A DNA stretch of 64,000 nt, from NCBI GenBank assembly GCA_963816365.1, contig CAWFKG010000005.1, positions 457,850-521,849 on the forward strand. The letters run 5' to 3'. Shown here in pieces: positions 63,387 to 64,000 of this stretch. The notes below the pieces were generated by a model. It was not told the origin of the DNA and did not search any database. It worked only from the letters and a program-made list of their open reading frames with translations. Positions within the stretch are counted from its first letter, which is position 1. Each line of letters begins with the position of its first letter. The position numbers and the translations under genes are program-made. This DNA is from an uncultured Bacteroidales bacterium. GTDB lineage: Bacteria > Bacteroidota > Bacteroidia > Bacteroidales > VadinHA17.

Positions 63387-64000
63387 TTATTTAAAAGCTT
63401 TTCTTATGATTTTCCGGAATCCGAGACCAGTTTTAAAAAGCCATTCATTCGACGGATAGTCGAGATAAGTTTTTATTGGCCGGCCAATCAGTTCTTTAAG
63501 AGTCTCGACAGAGAGATCAAGTTTTTTTGCTATATAATCGTAATCATCTTCAAGCTCATATCCGCTGTAAACAGACAGGCTTACTTCTTTCAGAGCGTCT
63601 TCCCTGCTCATTTTCCCTGCAAGAATTAAACTCGAGAGATGAGCTCTGCGTTTATCGTAGCCAAATTTTTCAGGCAGGTAATAAGCCTGAAAAAATTTTG
63701 TAAACCTCGACTCATGATGCTTTCCGCCATAGTATTTCCATCCCAGGTCATTGCTTAATAGCCTGATAGCATTTTCTTTATCATAGTCAATATAATTCAG
63801 GAGCTTCACAACTTTCATTTTTTTTATGAAAGTAAAATAGATATACCGATCGAAAAAAGTAACATGAGGAAATGTTTTTAAGGGAACAGTGCCGAATTTT
63901 TTATGTACCCCTTTGATATGGCGGTAATCAAGAGCATTATAGCCCCATGCTTCAGGAAGAACAGATTCGGTTTCAAAATTGCTTCCGTTCAAAACATATT
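63387..64000 (-). CDS. N-acetyl sugar amidotransferase (WbuX/WbpG-like), 3' part; gene continues past the right edge
   Basis: LLNYIDYDKENAIRLLSNDLGWKYYGGKHHESRFTKFFQAYYLPEKFGYDKRRAHLSSLI matches the C-terminal half of LPS N-acetyl sugar amidotransferases. The frame is still open at 64000. Confidence 0.7.
   Translation of the reverse strand, partial: YVLNGSNFETESVLPEAWGYNALDYRHIKGVHKKFGTVPLKTFPHVTFFDRYIYFTFIKKMKVVKLLNYIDYDKENAIRLLSNDLGWKYYGGKHHESRFTKFFQAYYLPEKFGYDKRRAHLSSLILAGKMSREDALKEVSLSVYSGYELEDDYDYIAKKLDLSVETLKELIGRPIKTYLDYPSNEWLFKTGLGFRKIIRKAFK

Overview
This 64-kb window looks like chromosomal DNA from a Bacteroidota-type organism. That call is an inference from DUF5074, DUF4293 and DUF349 families, lipoprotein signals, a TAnnTTTG-type promoter box and a Bacteroidota-style GG-leader peptide. 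Left to right it contains: two tandem aconitase-family dehydratase genes with an AraC regulator; bioG; a YihY-family protein; a ComB-like phosphatase; a GT2; a thioredoxin-like lipoprotein; and a cobalamin-riboswitch-controlled B12 uptake operon (TonB receptor, DUF5074 propeller, BtuFCD-like). Next come a transglutaminase-like gene, a LacI regulator, yidC, pyrG and a DUF349 protein. The locus I rank highest follows: a C39-peptidase ABC exporter plus HlyD adaptor sit next to a sigma factor, a TPR-CHAT protease, an unannotated 44-codon double-glycine-leader peptide, an anti-sigma-like TPR membrane protein and a sensorless histidine kinase. After that come an OmpA/PD40/TPR protein, queE, a 5'-nucleotidase, DUF1343, a CheY-like receiver, a GroES-like protein, yigZ, pyrBI, DUF4293, an RND efflux operon, a nucleoside phosphorylase, a Wzz-like protein, a secreted propeller protein and an O-antigen/capsule-type polysaccharide operon that runs off the right edge. 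I found no rRNA, tRNA, CRISPR array, transposase, integrase or phage genes. Important caveat: at least 16 genes, including the essential pyrG and yidC, are broken by frame disruptions. Every junction I could resolve by eye is repaired by deleting one base. This more likely reflects sequence quality than biology, so I report such genes as single merged CDS features and list their fragments. Non-coding features include a family of GTAG...CTAC hairpins at or inside gene ends, a 293-bp inverted repeat, 'drifting' 7-10-nt tandem repeats in several intergenic regions, and one ~190-nt candidate structured RNA.
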